This document shows positions 20,955 to 30,464 of a stretch of 64,000 bases of DNA, piece by piece. The position numbers and the translations under genes are program-made. Position 1 is the first letter of the stretch. Every line of letters begins with the position of its first letter. The DNA is from Hufsiella ginkgonis (GTDB lineage: Bacteria > Bacteroidota > Bacteroidia > Sphingobacteriales > Sphingobacteriaceae): assembly GCF_009834915.1 (NCBI RefSeq), contig NZ_WVHS01000003.1, positions 589,988 through 653,987 on the forward strand. The letters run 5' to 3'. The notes below the pieces were generated by a model, which ran no database searches, was not told the DNA's origin, and saw only the letters and a list, made by a program, of their open reading frames with translations.

Positions 20955-21653
20955 TTAATCGTTCGGAGCAACCGATCTTACTATCGTACCGGTCGCATCT
21001 TCGTAATGGTGCCCTCCTTCCAGGTATACCAGTTTGCAAACGTATTTGTTGTTGAAAAGCGCCGGTACGGTGTCTTCACCGCGCCCGAAAAAGCAAACGG
21101 GTTTTAGCGGTTCCATTTTCCTGATCTCTTCGTGGACGTTATATTTCCGCATGGCGGATTTGTTCCCGAAATGCAGCATTTCGCTCACGTGGATCTCGAA
21201 GTCGGTGTCTTTTGAAGGGGAGAGGAGCGCCATACCGCTTATCAGGGATTTCTGATTGACCGCCAGTCGGTTGTACACGAAAGGCATCACGTCGGCGCCA
21301 AAAGAATAGCCCACCAGGATCACTTTGTCTTTCTTCCACAAAGCACTGTATTTCTCGATCACCCGGGCCACATCGCCGGTTATCTGATCCGCGGATTTTG
21401 CCTTCCAGAAGTATTTGAGGGAATTAATGCCGGCTACCGGGATCCCGTTTTTTGCAAATTCATCGGCGAGCTGCTGATCGAAGGTGTTCCAGCCGCCATC
21501 GCCACAAAACATCACCGCCATTTCACCGCCCTTAGTAACTTTAGCCGGCGTAACCACCATGGGTAACTCCGCAGCCGCGGCCCCTAAACTCACCAGCCAG
21601 GTCACCGCCAGCAGGATATACTTTCCAACCAGCCTCATTTCGTTATTTCCCAT
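20955..21653 (-). CDS. AcvB/VirJ-family alpha/beta hydrolase (aminoacyl-phosphatidylglycerol hydrolase-like), secreted
   Basis: Signal peptide; MAVMFCGDGGWNTFDQQLADEFAKNGIPVAGINSLKYFWK is characteristic of the VirJ/AcvB domain; GYSFGADV nucleophile elbow. Immediately downstream of mprF on the same strand. Confidence 0.8.
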   Translation of the reverse strand: MGNNEMRLVGKYILLAVTWLVSLGAAAAELPMVVTPAKVTKGGEMAVMFCGDGGWNTFDQQLADEFAKNGIPVAGINSLKYFWKAKSADQITGDVARVIEKYSALWKKDKVILVGYSFGADVMPFVYNRLAVNQKSLISGMALLSPSKDTDFEIHVSEMLHFGNKSAMRKYNVHEEIRKMEPLKPVCFFGRGEDTVPALFNNKYVCKLVYLEGGHHYEDATGTIVRSVAPND

Positions 21654-21664
21654 TTCCTATCCCC

Positions 21665-24256
21665 TCATTTCTCCCTTTCTACCTTCATCACTCCCGCTAA
21701 CGCCCCGGGCAGCCTGATCAGGTCGAAATGATGCTCGTACACCAGGTATTTATTCTGCCAGCAGGGGTCGAATTTCTCTTTAAAAGAGCGCAGACCACGG
21801 AAATGCCTGAATTGTTTTACTTTCTCATAGGCGAATTTGATGGTATGTTCGGGGAAATCGCGTGCGGCGCCGATACCGGAAAGCGGGGCCAGCCCCATAT
21901 TTAACCGGTGATAGCCTTTTTCTTTGCAGTAGCGGATCAGTTCCAGGATCAGTACGTCCATATTCCCGCCGGGGGCGTCGACGGTTTTCCGGATCATGTC
22001 ATATGTGGCTTCCCCTTCTGCATAATCCGGGATGATGTTAAGAAACGCGAAAATCTGCTCATCCGCATTTTCCAGGGTAATAATAGACTGGTTCTTTAGC
22101 TCGGCCCAATTGAACATGCCCTGCGAGAACACCATTTCTTCGCGGTCCATGCTTTTCAGCCATTCATCAGACACCAGCTTCAGTTTCCGGATCAACCCGT
22201 CTTTGATCGGCGCCTCATAGGTCCGGGTAAGGAAACCTTTCTTGGTGATACTATTAACCGCGTTTCGCAGTGATTTCCGCTCCTTTCCTTCCAGCGTGAA
22301 CGTGCGCAGATCGATCAGGGCTTCCTGCCCGATGAGGATCGATTTTTTCCCCAACCTCCGGAAAAGGTCAATGCCGGTTTCATCTATGCGGTAATAGGAG
22401 GGACGGATGCCATTCGTTTTACAAAAGATTTCGAATTCGTGCAGCAGCGCCGTGCGCACCCCCGGATCATTTTCACATACCGGTTCCTCCAGTACAATGG
22501 CAAAGCCACGGGCGCGCTTATACGACACGAACCCTTCGCGCGCTGCGCCAAAAAAGAGCAGCTTATCCGGGTATAGCTTAAAATAATCAACCGGCGACCT
22601 TCCAAACCTGTTCAGCAGCGCGGCGGCAAGCGCATGCTGGTCGTCTTCCCCGGCATGTCTGAAAACCAGGGGCTTAATAAAGCTATAGAACAGGAACCCG
22701 AAGGACGCCGCACCCGATACGTTGATGAGCAGCAGGAATACGTTCGCGAAAGCGGTTTTCGGAGAAAGCCCGGCGGAGTTGAGCAGCATAAAATTGTCGA
22801 GCGTGTTGAATAGGGCCTGCCTGAAGCTGAAATCGATCCCGAAATGGCGCTGGTCCAGGAAATAGAAGCCGGTAACGCCAAATACCAGCACGGCAAAGAA
22901 AGCCCATACCGCCAGCCCCGCCCCGATCTGTTGCGAGGCCCGGTCGCCCCTGATAAAATAATTGTGACGCGTAACCCAAAGCACCGCGGCGACACCCGAC
23001 GCCATGAAGGCTTCTTCATAATCGATCGCTTTGGTTAGGTGCCCGATGAGCGAAAGCAGGCTCAGCGTAATAGCCAGGTACCAGGCATTTTTTATTCCCC
23101 TTAACAGGAAGGCGGCCAGTACGAGCATTGCCGCCCCGATGCCAAGAACCAGGTAATTGGAGGCGTTAATGGAGCCAACAGGCACGAACTCTTTGAGCAG
23201 TTTAAGTCTCGACGAAATAGCGGGGGTGAGCACCGAAATGATATTCACCAGTCCCAGGCCGAACAACAGCGCTGCAGGAAATACCCGGAGCAGGATGTTT
23301 TCTTTGGTGAACACGAAACTAAGTACCCCGGCCATTAACGGCGCCCAGAATTCGAATACCCGGTACAGCAGCGTAATGGCCATCGCCTCGGGCACGGTAA
23401 ACCCGAAACGACCCAGGATAAGGGTAAGTGAGAGCTCTACCGCACCCAATCCCCGCAGGAAAGGCGAGACACAAAGGAACAACGTGGCTACGGTGTACCC
23501 CGTAACGGCCGCTTCGATGGAAACGTTCAGCCCCAGCACCATCATGGCGAGCAGCAAATGCACCATACCCGCCAGTTCGATTAATAAAGAGAAACCTAAC
23601 ATTTGCGCAATAGGTTTCCACGATAGGTGCTTGCCCGAGATTTCTTCTACCGTTTTTTCCACCGTTGGGCTGATCCTGGTTAGCAGCCGGTAGATAATCG
23701 TTTTGTTCACTGCCGACCAGGTGGTCCAGGAAATCACGCAAACGAACACGGCCAGGATGCTCAGCACCACCCAGTTGGTCCCGGGTTCGCTGCCACGTAA
23801 AGTTTCGTAAACCAGTACAGGAAATGAAACGATCACCAGCGACGCGATCCCGATCACGCCATATAAATAAGAGGCGAAATTGATCTTCGACCGGCTGACG
23901 CCTTGTTTATGCAAAGTCCTTGTAAAAAGCGCCAGCGAAGTAATCCCGCCTCCCGGGAGGAAGACGCTAACCAGGTTGCGCTGTAAAAACAACCTGGTGG
24001 TAGCCGTCAGCACCGTTCTTTCGCCGGTGGCGCGAAAAGCGGATTGATACATCCAGCCATGCAGCAGCAAATAGAACGCGGTAAGCAGGAGACCGCCGCC
24101 CATCAGCAAGCGGTTGCCGGACGAAGCCACGCCGATGGCCTGCTGCATCTCCTGCCGGTCGGTCCACGCGAACCAGGCGGCAAAGCCGATACCGATAGCG
24201 GCAACAGCCATGCCGGGTAAGCTTTTGCCGGAAAGAAGTTTCTTTAATTGGTACAT
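21665..24256 (-). CDS. mprF: Bifunctional aminoacyl-phosphatidylglycerol synthase/flippase MprF (LPG synthase family)
   Basis: 863 aa; about 14 N-terminal TM helices (flippase region) followed by a C-terminal DUF2156/LPG-synthase domain (...FAFLNIIPDYAEGEATYDMIRK...). Confidence 0.85.
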   Translation of the reverse strand: MYQLKKLLSGKSLPGMAVAAIGIGFAAWFAWTDRQEMQQAIGVASSGNRLLMGGGLLLTAFYLLLHGWMYQSAFRATGERTVLTATTRLFLQRNLVSVFLPGGGITSLALFTRTLHKQGVSRSKINFASYLYGVIGIASLVIVSFPVLVYETLRGSEPGTNWVVLSILAVFVCVISWTTWSAVNKTIIYRLLTRISPTVEKTVEEISGKHLSWKPIAQMLGFSLLIELAGMVHLLLAMMVLGLNVSIEAAVTGYTVATLFLCVSPFLRGLGAVELSLTLILGRFGFTVPEAMAITLLYRVFEFWAPLMAGVLSFVFTKENILLRVFPAALLFGLGLVNIISVLTPAISSRLKLLKEFVPVGSINASNYLVLGIGAAMLVLAAFLLRGIKNAWYLAITLSLLSLIGHLTKAIDYEEAFMASGVAAVLWVTRHNYFIRGDRASQQIGAGLAVWAFFAVLVFGVTGFYFLDQRHFGIDFSFRQALFNTLDNFMLLNSAGLSPKTAFANVFLLLINVSGAASFGFLFYSFIKPLVFRHAGEDDQHALAAALLNRFGRSPVDYFKLYPDKLLFFGAAREGFVSYKRARGFAIVLEEPVCENDPGVRTALLHEFEIFCKTNGIRPSYYRIDETGIDLFRRLGKKSILIGQEALIDLRTFTLEGKERKSLRNAVNSITKKGFLTRTYEAPIKDGLIRKLKLVSDEWLKSMDREEMVFSQGMFNWAELKNQSIITLENADEQIFAFLNIIPDYAEGEATYDMIRKTVDAPGGNMDVLILELIRYCKEKGYHRLNMGLAPLSGIGAARDFPEHTIKFAYEKVKQFRHFRGLRSFKEKFDPCWQNKYLVYEHHFDLIRLPGALAGVMKVEREK

Positions 24257-24388
24257 TTCGCTTGGGATTGATGTAACAAAATTGTTCTTCTTCCATGAAG
24301 TTTTAGTGAAGGGGACAGGCGGACATACCTTGCAGGTATTATATAATGTGGAAAATATGGTGGCCGCCTTTTTGCCGGATGGGAATGA

Positions 24389-25168
24389 TCAGCCTGCCAT
24401 GCCGAAATCGTCCCCATCTTTCAGAAAGGGGAGCGCCCGGCGCCACTTGGTCACCTCGTCTTTGGATATAGAGAAGGTGTAAAGGTCTTCGTCGTTGGGT
24501 TTGTAATATACAGTGCCTCCGTTTGGATCGATGCACATCGAATCTCCGGAGTGGTACACCTCGTTCCCGTCATGCCCGATGCGGTTTACCGCAACTACGT
24601 ACGCCTGGTTTTCGATGGCGCGGGCAGGCACCAGGGCTTTCCAGTGACCCGAACGCCGCTCGGGCCAGTTGGCTACCACCAGCAGCATGTCATATTCCGG
24701 TGCGGTGTTGCGCAGCCATACCGGGAAGCGAAGGTCATAGCAGATCACGGGGCAGATCCTCCAGCCATTTAATTCCACAAAAAGCTTGTCCTTGCCCGGT
24801 GTGTAAACATCGTCCTCTTTGCCCAGGCCGAACAGATGCCGCTTGTCATATTTTTCATAAGTACCGTCAGGGCGCATCCAGATCAGCCGGTTGTAATACT
24901 TTCCGTTTTCGCGGATCATCAGGCTCCCGGTTACTACGCAGCTGTATTTTTCGGCTTGTTCCTGCATCCAGGTCATGGTTTTTCCTCCCATTTCCTCGGC
25001 CAGCGCTTCGGCGTTCATACTGAAACCTGTGCTGAACATCTCAGGCAGTACAATGAGATCTGTTTTCTCCCTGATCCACGAGAGCCGTAATCCCAGGTTC
25101 TGGAGGTTTTTATCGATGTTTTCCCAGAAGAGATAGGCCTGGAAGGTAGTTATTTTTAGGGTACTCAT
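24389..25168 (-). CDS. Carbon-nitrogen hydrolase family protein (omega-amidase/YafV-like)
   Basis: MSTLKITTFQAYLFWENIDKNL...LIVLPEMFSTGF (catalytic Glu region), ...ICYDLRFP (catalytic Cys); nitrilase-superfamily fold. Confidence 0.85.
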   Translation of the reverse strand: MSTLKITTFQAYLFWENIDKNLQNLGLRLSWIREKTDLIVLPEMFSTGFSMNAEALAEEMGGKTMTWMQEQAEKYSCVVTGSLMIRENGKYYNRLIWMRPDGTYEKYDKRHLFGLGKEDDVYTPGKDKLFVELNGWRICPVICYDLRFPVWLRNTAPEYDMLLVVANWPERRSGHWKALVPARAIENQAYVVAVNRIGHDGNEVYHSGDSMCIDPNGGTVYYKPNDEDLYTFSISKDEVTKWRRALPFLKDGDDFGMAG

Positions 25169-25278
25169 GTAGGTTTAACGTTTTACGTTGGACGCGACGT
25201 AACGCCCCAATCGGTTAATATTAATTATCATGCCCGTTAGTCGGCACTACGTCCTGCGGCAAACGTATAGCGTCCGGC

Positions 25279-26424
25279 CTAAACGTTCATCAATCTCTCA
25301 ACGGCTTTTTCCAATGTTTCTTGCTTCTTGGCGAAACAAAAGCGAACGATCCCGTAGTCGTTTCCCTTTGCGTAAAAGGCCGAGACAGGGATCGCAGCCA
25401 CGCCGAAATCCTTCGTGAGCCGCTGCGTAAATGCCGTGTCGGGCTCACCGGAGATCCGGGAGTAAGAGGCTGACAGGAAGTACGAACCTTTGCATGGCAA
25501 CAGGTCGAAACGGGTTTCTTTCATCAGGCGGGTAAACTCATCACGTTTACGCTGGAAGAACGCGCTAAGTTGCAGGTATGTTTGCGGGTCCGACAAAAAA
25601 TCTGCCGCCGCGTATTGCATGGGGGTATTTACGCTGAACACATTAAACTGGTGAACTTTCCTGAACTCGGACATTAATTGCGCCGGTGCGACGCAGTACC
25701 CCAGTTTCCAGCCTGTGGTGTGAAATAATTTGCCAAAGGAAGCAACGATAAAGCTCCTTTCCCGGAGCTCCGGGAAACGCGCCATGCTTTGGTGCTGCAG
25801 GCCGTCGTACACCAGGTGCTCGTATACCTCGTCGCTTAGCATAACAATGTTTGTATCGCGGGTGATGTCGGTCAGCTGGCGCATGTCCTCCTCCGTAAGG
25901 ATGGTCCCGGAAGGGTTTTGCGGAGAGTTAAGCAGGATCATGCGGGTACGCGGGGTAACCAGCGACCTCACGTGCTGCCAATCGATGCGATAATCGGGCG
26001 GGGTGAGGGCCACGGAACGGATCACGCCCCCGAAAAGCCGTATAGACGGGATGTACGAATCATAGGCGGGCTCGAAAATGATCACCTCATCGCCGGGATG
26101 GATGGTGGCCGCTATGGCGGTGAAAAGCGCCTGTGTTCCGCCGGCGGTTACCGTAACCTCGCTTTCGGCCCGGTAATTTGAACCGTGTAAGCCGTTCACC
26201 TTTTCGGCGATGCGCTCGTTTAGCACGGGAACGCCGGTCATCGGGGCATATTGGTTTTTACCTGAATGCAGGTGCTTTTCTACCAGTGCGATCAGCTCCG
26301 GCGCACAATCGAAATCCGGGAATCCCTGGGAGAGGTTGATCGCGCCCGAGTCTATCGCGAGCTTTGACATTACGGAGAAAATACTGGTACCCACATCGGG
26401 TAAGCGCGATTGGATCTTGAGCAT
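25279..26424 (-). CDS. PLP-dependent aminotransferase class I (methionine/glutamine aminotransferase YbdL-like)
   Basis: Start chosen at MLKIQSRLPDVGTSIFSVMSKLA (typical YbdL N-terminus); SFGKLFHTTGWKLGY PLP-lysine region. Confidence 0.85.
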   Translation of the reverse strand: MLKIQSRLPDVGTSIFSVMSKLAIDSGAINLSQGFPDFDCAPELIALVEKHLHSGKNQYAPMTGVPVLNERIAEKVNGLHGSNYRAESEVTVTAGGTQALFTAIAATIHPGDEVIIFEPAYDSYIPSIRLFGGVIRSVALTPPDYRIDWQHVRSLVTPRTRMILLNSPQNPSGTILTEEDMRQLTDITRDTNIVMLSDEVYEHLVYDGLQHQSMARFPELRERSFIVASFGKLFHTTGWKLGYCVAPAQLMSEFRKVHQFNVFSVNTPMQYAAADFLSDPQTYLQLSAFFQRKRDEFTRLMKETRFDLLPCKGSYFLSASYSRISGEPDTAFTQRLTKDFGVAAIPVSAFYAKGNDYGIVRFCFAKKQETLEKAVERLMNV

Positions 26425-26475
26425 CACGCAAAAATAGATTAATCTCCTTATTTTCACCTCAAATTCTATCCTGTT

Positions 26476-27450
26476 ATGTCGATACGTAAAAATGCGGTGC
26501 TCCTGTTAACCATCCTGTTCCTGTTTGCCTGCGGTTCGGCTAAGAAGGACGGCGTGCCCTCCATCGGGTTTATGGACGCTTTTGAAGATGCAACGATCGC
26601 CCAGGCAAGGGCCGGCTTTACCGATGCGCTTAAAAAGAACGGCTTCAGCGAAGACGCCGGGACCGTGAAGATCATTTACCGCAACGCACAGGGCGATATA
26701 CCCACGCTTACACAGATCGCCAGCTATTTTGTGTCGGAGAAGGTCGACCTGATCGCTACCTGCCCCACATTATCTACCATTACCGCGGTGCAGAAGACTA
26801 GGGGGATCCCGGTTTGCATGATCGTTTCGCCTACGCCGCAGCTGATGAAGCTTACCGACGCTTCCGGCTCTGCGCCGGATAATCTTTTCGGCACCGCCGA
26901 GGAGCTGGCATACATCGACACTTCTTTCTCACTGATCCCCAAACTGGTGAAGCCCAAAGGCGCCGGAATGGTGGTCGGCATGGTGTATAACCAGTCCGAG
27001 CCTCAATCAGTAGATGCCCTTAACCGTATAAAAGCCGTAGCCGCAGGGCTGAACGTTACCGTGGAAGCGTTGCCGTTAAACAATTCCGCGGAAGCACAGC
27101 TGATCACCAAAAGGCTGCTCTCGGGCAAGATCGATGCGTTTTTTGCCAACCCGGACAATACCGTATTTTCGGCATTCGATACCATCTTTAAAAATTGCGA
27201 CGAGGCAGGTGTCCCGGTATTCACCAGCGAAGCCGGCCTGGTACAGCGAGGTGCGGTAGCCGCGTTTGGCGCCGATCTCTACCAGTGGGGGTACCAATCG
27301 GGCGAACAGGCTGCCAAGTACTTGAAAACCCGCAAAATAGACGGCCTCGCTATAGAAATGGTGAAAGTGCGCAAACGTGTTTTTAACGCTGTTTCTGCGA
27401 AAAAATTCGGGATCACCGTTCCCGACGGGTTCGAAGAAGTAAAGCGATAA
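26476..27450 (+). CDS. ABC transporter substrate-binding lipoprotein (ABC_sub_bind / PF04392-like)
   Basis: Lipobox LLTILFLFACGSAKK; periplasmic-binding fold; first gene of an SBP-permease-ATPase-HK cluster. Confidence 0.8.
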   Translation: MSIRKNAVLLLTILFLFACGSAKKDGVPSIGFMDAFEDATIAQARAGFTDALKKNGFSEDAGTVKIIYRNAQGDIPTLTQIASYFVSEKVDLIATCPTLSTITAVQKTRGIPVCMIVSPTPQLMKLTDASGSAPDNLFGTAEELAYIDTSFSLIPKLVKPKGAGMVVGMVYNQSEPQSVDALNRIKAVAAGLNVTVEALPLNNSAEAQLITKRLLSGKIDAFFANPDNTVFSAFDTIFKNCDEAGVPVFTSEAGLVQRGAVAAFGADLYQWGYQSGEQAAKYLKTRKIDGLAIEMVKVRKRVFNAVSAKKFGITVPDGFEEVKR

Positions 27451-27460
27451 CCGGCCTTTC

Positions 27461-28330
27461 ATGGATTTTTACCTCGCCGCCGTACTCCAGGGATTGTGTT
27501 TTTCGGGCCTGGCCCTGGGAATCTACCTGTCTATGAAGATCTTTAATATCCCCGACATCACCACCGACGGCAGCTATACCTTAGGCGGAACCGTGACCGG
27601 CATTATGCTCGCCGCACACATCCCGCAGGGATTTATCCTGCCTGCGGTATTATTAAGCGGCGGTGTGGCGGGCGGTATTACCGGGTTTATCCATACCAAA
27701 CTGCGCATTAATGCCTTGCTTGCGGGAATCCTGGTAATGACGGCGCTTTACTCCGTAAACCTTACGCTGATGGGCCGGTCGAACCTGCCGCTGCTGGCAT
27801 TTGCAAACCTGTTTGGTAACTGGGCGTTAACCGGCAGCCAGGGACCTGATTCGTTGATCGTGCTGCTGGTTATTACCGCAGCGCTCGTTTTTTTACTGGG
27901 TTACGTGTTGCGTACCGATTTCGGCATCGCCATGCGTGCCACAGGCAACAGCGAGAGCATGGTGCGCGCGCTCGGCGTAAATACCGACCGGATGAAGATC
28001 ACCGGCCTGGCCATGGCCAACGCACTTACGGCTACCAGCGGCTACCTGGTAGTGCAGCTGCAGGGGTTTGCCGATATAAACATGGGGATCGGGATCGTGA
28101 TCACCGGGCTGGGCTCCGTGGTGATCGGCGAAACCATCATCCGGCGATTCCGGGTCGTGCAGCCCGTTAGTGTACTTGCCATCCTGCTGGCCGGTGCGGT
28201 GTTGTTCCAGCTGGCACTCGCGGTAACGCTCACGCTGGGTATCGACCCCACGCTGCTGAAGCTGGTAACCGCCTTGTTTGTGTTGTTGATTGTTAGTTTG
28301 CCGCGTATTTTTCAAAGCCGTACCGCATGA
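27461..28330 (+). CDS. ABC transporter permease (BPD_transp_2-like)
   Basis: About eight TM helices; 4-bp overlap with the downstream ATPase gene. Confidence 0.8.
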   Translation: MDFYLAAVLQGLCFSGLALGIYLSMKIFNIPDITTDGSYTLGGTVTGIMLAAHIPQGFILPAVLLSGGVAGGITGFIHTKLRINALLAGILVMTALYSVNLTLMGRSNLPLLAFANLFGNWALTGSQGPDSLIVLLVITAALVFLLGYVLRTDFGIAMRATGNSESMVRALGVNTDRMKITGLAMANALTATSGYLVVQLQGFADINMGIGIVITGLGSVVIGETIIRRFRVVQPVSVLAILLAGAVLFQLALAVTLTLGIDPTLLKLVTALFVLLIVSLPRIFQSRTA

Positions 28331-29076
28331 TCAGCCTGTCTGCCATCCATAAAACGTTTAATAAAGGCGAGCCGAACGAAGTGGTCGCGCTGCGTGACGT
28401 AAGCCTGGCGCTAAAGCCGTCGGAATACCTGGTGGTGATCGGTCCGAACGGTTCGGGTAAAAGCACGCTGCTGAATGTGCTGGCGGGGAGTGTGTTGCCT
28501 TCCTCGGGCGAAATTAAGATCGGTGCGCAGAACGTAACCGCTTTGCCAGAATATAACAGGAGCAAGTGGGTGGCGCGGATCTTCCAGGACCCGCTGAAAG
28601 GTACCGCGCCTGAGCTGAGTATCCTGGATAATTTCCGCCTTGCGGCATTGCGCACCTCCGCCAAGACGCTAAAGGTGGGCACCACCAATACGTTTAAAGA
28701 TGCCGTAAAGACGCAGATCAGCCAGCTGGGAATGGGGCTTGAAAATAAGGTGAACCAGCAGATGGGCACATTGTCTGGCGGCCAGCGGCAGGCGCTCACG
28801 CTGCTGATGTGTGTAATGGACGAGGCAAAGATCCTGCTGCTTGACGAGCCCACGGCTGCGCTCGACCCGCGCTCTGCGGAGCTGGTGCTGCAAACGGCCG
28901 ATAAACTGATCAGGGAGCACCAACTGACCGCATTGCTGATCACCCATCAACTGAAGGATGCCTTCAGGTTTGGAAACCGGCTGATCTTTATGCGGGAGGG
29001 AGAGATCAGCAAGGACCTGGATGCGGGAGAGAAAGGGCGGCTTTCTGAAGAAGAACTTTACAAGTGGTTTATGTAA
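28327..29076 (+). CDS. ABC transporter ATP-binding protein
   Basis: Walker A GPNGSGKST; signature LSGGQRQ; Walker B LLLDEPT. Confidence 0.9.
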   Translation: MISLSAIHKTFNKGEPNEVVALRDVSLALKPSEYLVVIGPNGSGKSTLLNVLAGSVLPSSGEIKIGAQNVTALPEYNRSKWVARIFQDPLKGTAPELSILDNFRLAALRTSAKTLKVGTTNTFKDAVKTQISQLGMGLENKVNQQMGTLSGGQRQALTLLMCVMDEAKILLLDEPTAALDPRSAELVLQTADKLIREHQLTALLITHQLKDAFRFGNRLIFMREGEISKDLDAGEKGRLSEEELYKWFM

Positions 29077-29114
29077 TTATAAACTTTTGTATATTAGCCC
29101 GTTAATACACACCA

Positions 29115-30464
29115 TTGAATTCTCAAACTATCCAATCCAGCTGGAGCAAGATTATCGGTGAACCCGGTAATACATCGCTCGAGGGCCGCATTTTTCACGC
29201 AGTCTGTTTTTGCTCCTTTATATTGCTTGGGTTCACTGCGGTATTTAATTATTTTTTAGGGATCGTTTCGCTCGCCATGCTTATGGCCGTGGTTTTCGTG
29301 CTTGCGGGCTTTTTCTATTACTTGTCGCGGTTTAAGAAAAAACTGGACCTTTCTATCGCCCTGTTTAACCTGGTATGCAATGGTTTGTTCGTGGTGAATT
29401 TCTACTATAATTCAGGCATAAACGGGCCGACATTGCTCATCTTTCTCCTGTCGTTTGTGCTTGTTATCGCAGTGGCGCCAAAAAAGCAATATCTTTTATG
29501 GATCTCTCTGAATATCCTGGTGGTGCTTTCCTTGCTGGTTTCTGCCTATGTATCTCCGGGCTCGATCGTGAATTCTTATCCCGACCGGTTATCGCATTAC
29601 ATCGATCTCAGTTATACCTATGTGATCACGGTACTGCTGACGTTCCTGGTTACCAATGCCATCCGGAAGAATTACATTCTCGAGAAAAAACTGGCGGAGC
29701 GGCGGGCTGCCGAGCTTGAAAAGTCTAACGATACCAAAGACAAGCTGTTCTCTATCCTGGCCCACGACCTGCGCTCGCCGCTCAGCTCGATCCAGAACTT
29801 CCTGGAGATCCTGTCTGAATATAAACTGGAGGACGAAGAGCGCCTCACCATGCAAAAAGCGCTGCTTGCGGAAACACAGAATACGCAGCAAATGCTTTCC
29901 AATTTATTGCTTTGGAGCAAGGAGCAGATGGACGGCCTTACGGTAAATCTTGCGAGGCTTAACCTGCACGAAACGTTAAAAAATACGCTTCAGATCCAGT
30001 ATACCGCTGCGGTGGAAAAATGTGTAAGGCTGGTAAATAACATGGACCAGGAAACGTGCCTAATGGCCGATCCCGACATGCTTCAGTTGGTGGTGCGCAA
30101 CCTGGTGAATAACGCCATCAAATTTACCCAGCCGGGCGGGGAGATCGTGCTTTCTGCCCAAAACGAGGGTGAAATGTGCCGCATTATGGTAATGGATAAC
30201 GGTACGGGTATACCTTACGACCAGCAGGAAGGAATTTTCTCGATGAAAGCCAAGTCGACCTTCGGTACAAAAAATGAAAAGGGCGTAGGCCTGGGATTAA
30301 TGCTTTGCAAAGAATTTACCGAGCTGCAGCATGGAAAGATCGGTTTTCAAAGTATTCCGGGAAAAGGGACCACGTTTTTTATCACCATGAAAAGCTGCGA
30401 GCCCCTGGAACCCTCTTCCTCAAAGGCTAACCCGCTGGAGGACAGCCACCACGTAAGGGGATAA
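29115..30464 (+). CDS. Sensor histidine kinase with N-terminal 7TM (7TMR-DISM-like) membrane domain; no adjacent response regulator
   Basis: Seven predicted TM helices, then coiled coil, HisKA (LAHDLRSPLSS) and HATPase_c (NLVNNAIKFT...GLGLMLCKE). Confidence 0.85.
   Translation: MNSQTIQSSWSKIIGEPGNTSLEGRIFHAVCFCSFILLGFTAVFNYFLGIVSLAMLMAVVFVLAGFFYYLSRFKKKLDLSIALFNLVCNGLFVVNFYYNSGINGPTLLIFLLSFVLVIAVAPKKQYLLWISLNILVVLSLLVSAYVSPGSIVNSYPDRLSHYIDLSYTYVITVLLTFLVTNAIRKNYILEKKLAERRAAELEKSNDTKDKLFSILAHDLRSPLSSIQNFLEILSEYKLEDEERLTMQKALLAETQNTQQMLSNLLLWSKEQMDGLTVNLARLNLHETLKNTLQIQYTAAVEKCVRLVNNMDQETCLMADPDMLQLVVRNLVNNAIKFTQPGGEIVLSAQNEGEMCRIMVMDNGTGIPYDQQEGIFSMKAKSTFGTKNEKGVGLGLMLCKEFTELQHGKIGFQSIPGKGTTFFITMKSCEPLEPSSSKANPLEDSHHVRG

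Noticed and set aside
20955-24256. Idea that argS adjacency implies the MprF makes arginyl-phosphatidylglycerol
   Set aside because: Pure positional speculation. argS is convergent, not co-transcribed, and MprF specificity cannot be inferred from neighbourhood. Kept only as a low-weight note inside the mprF finding.
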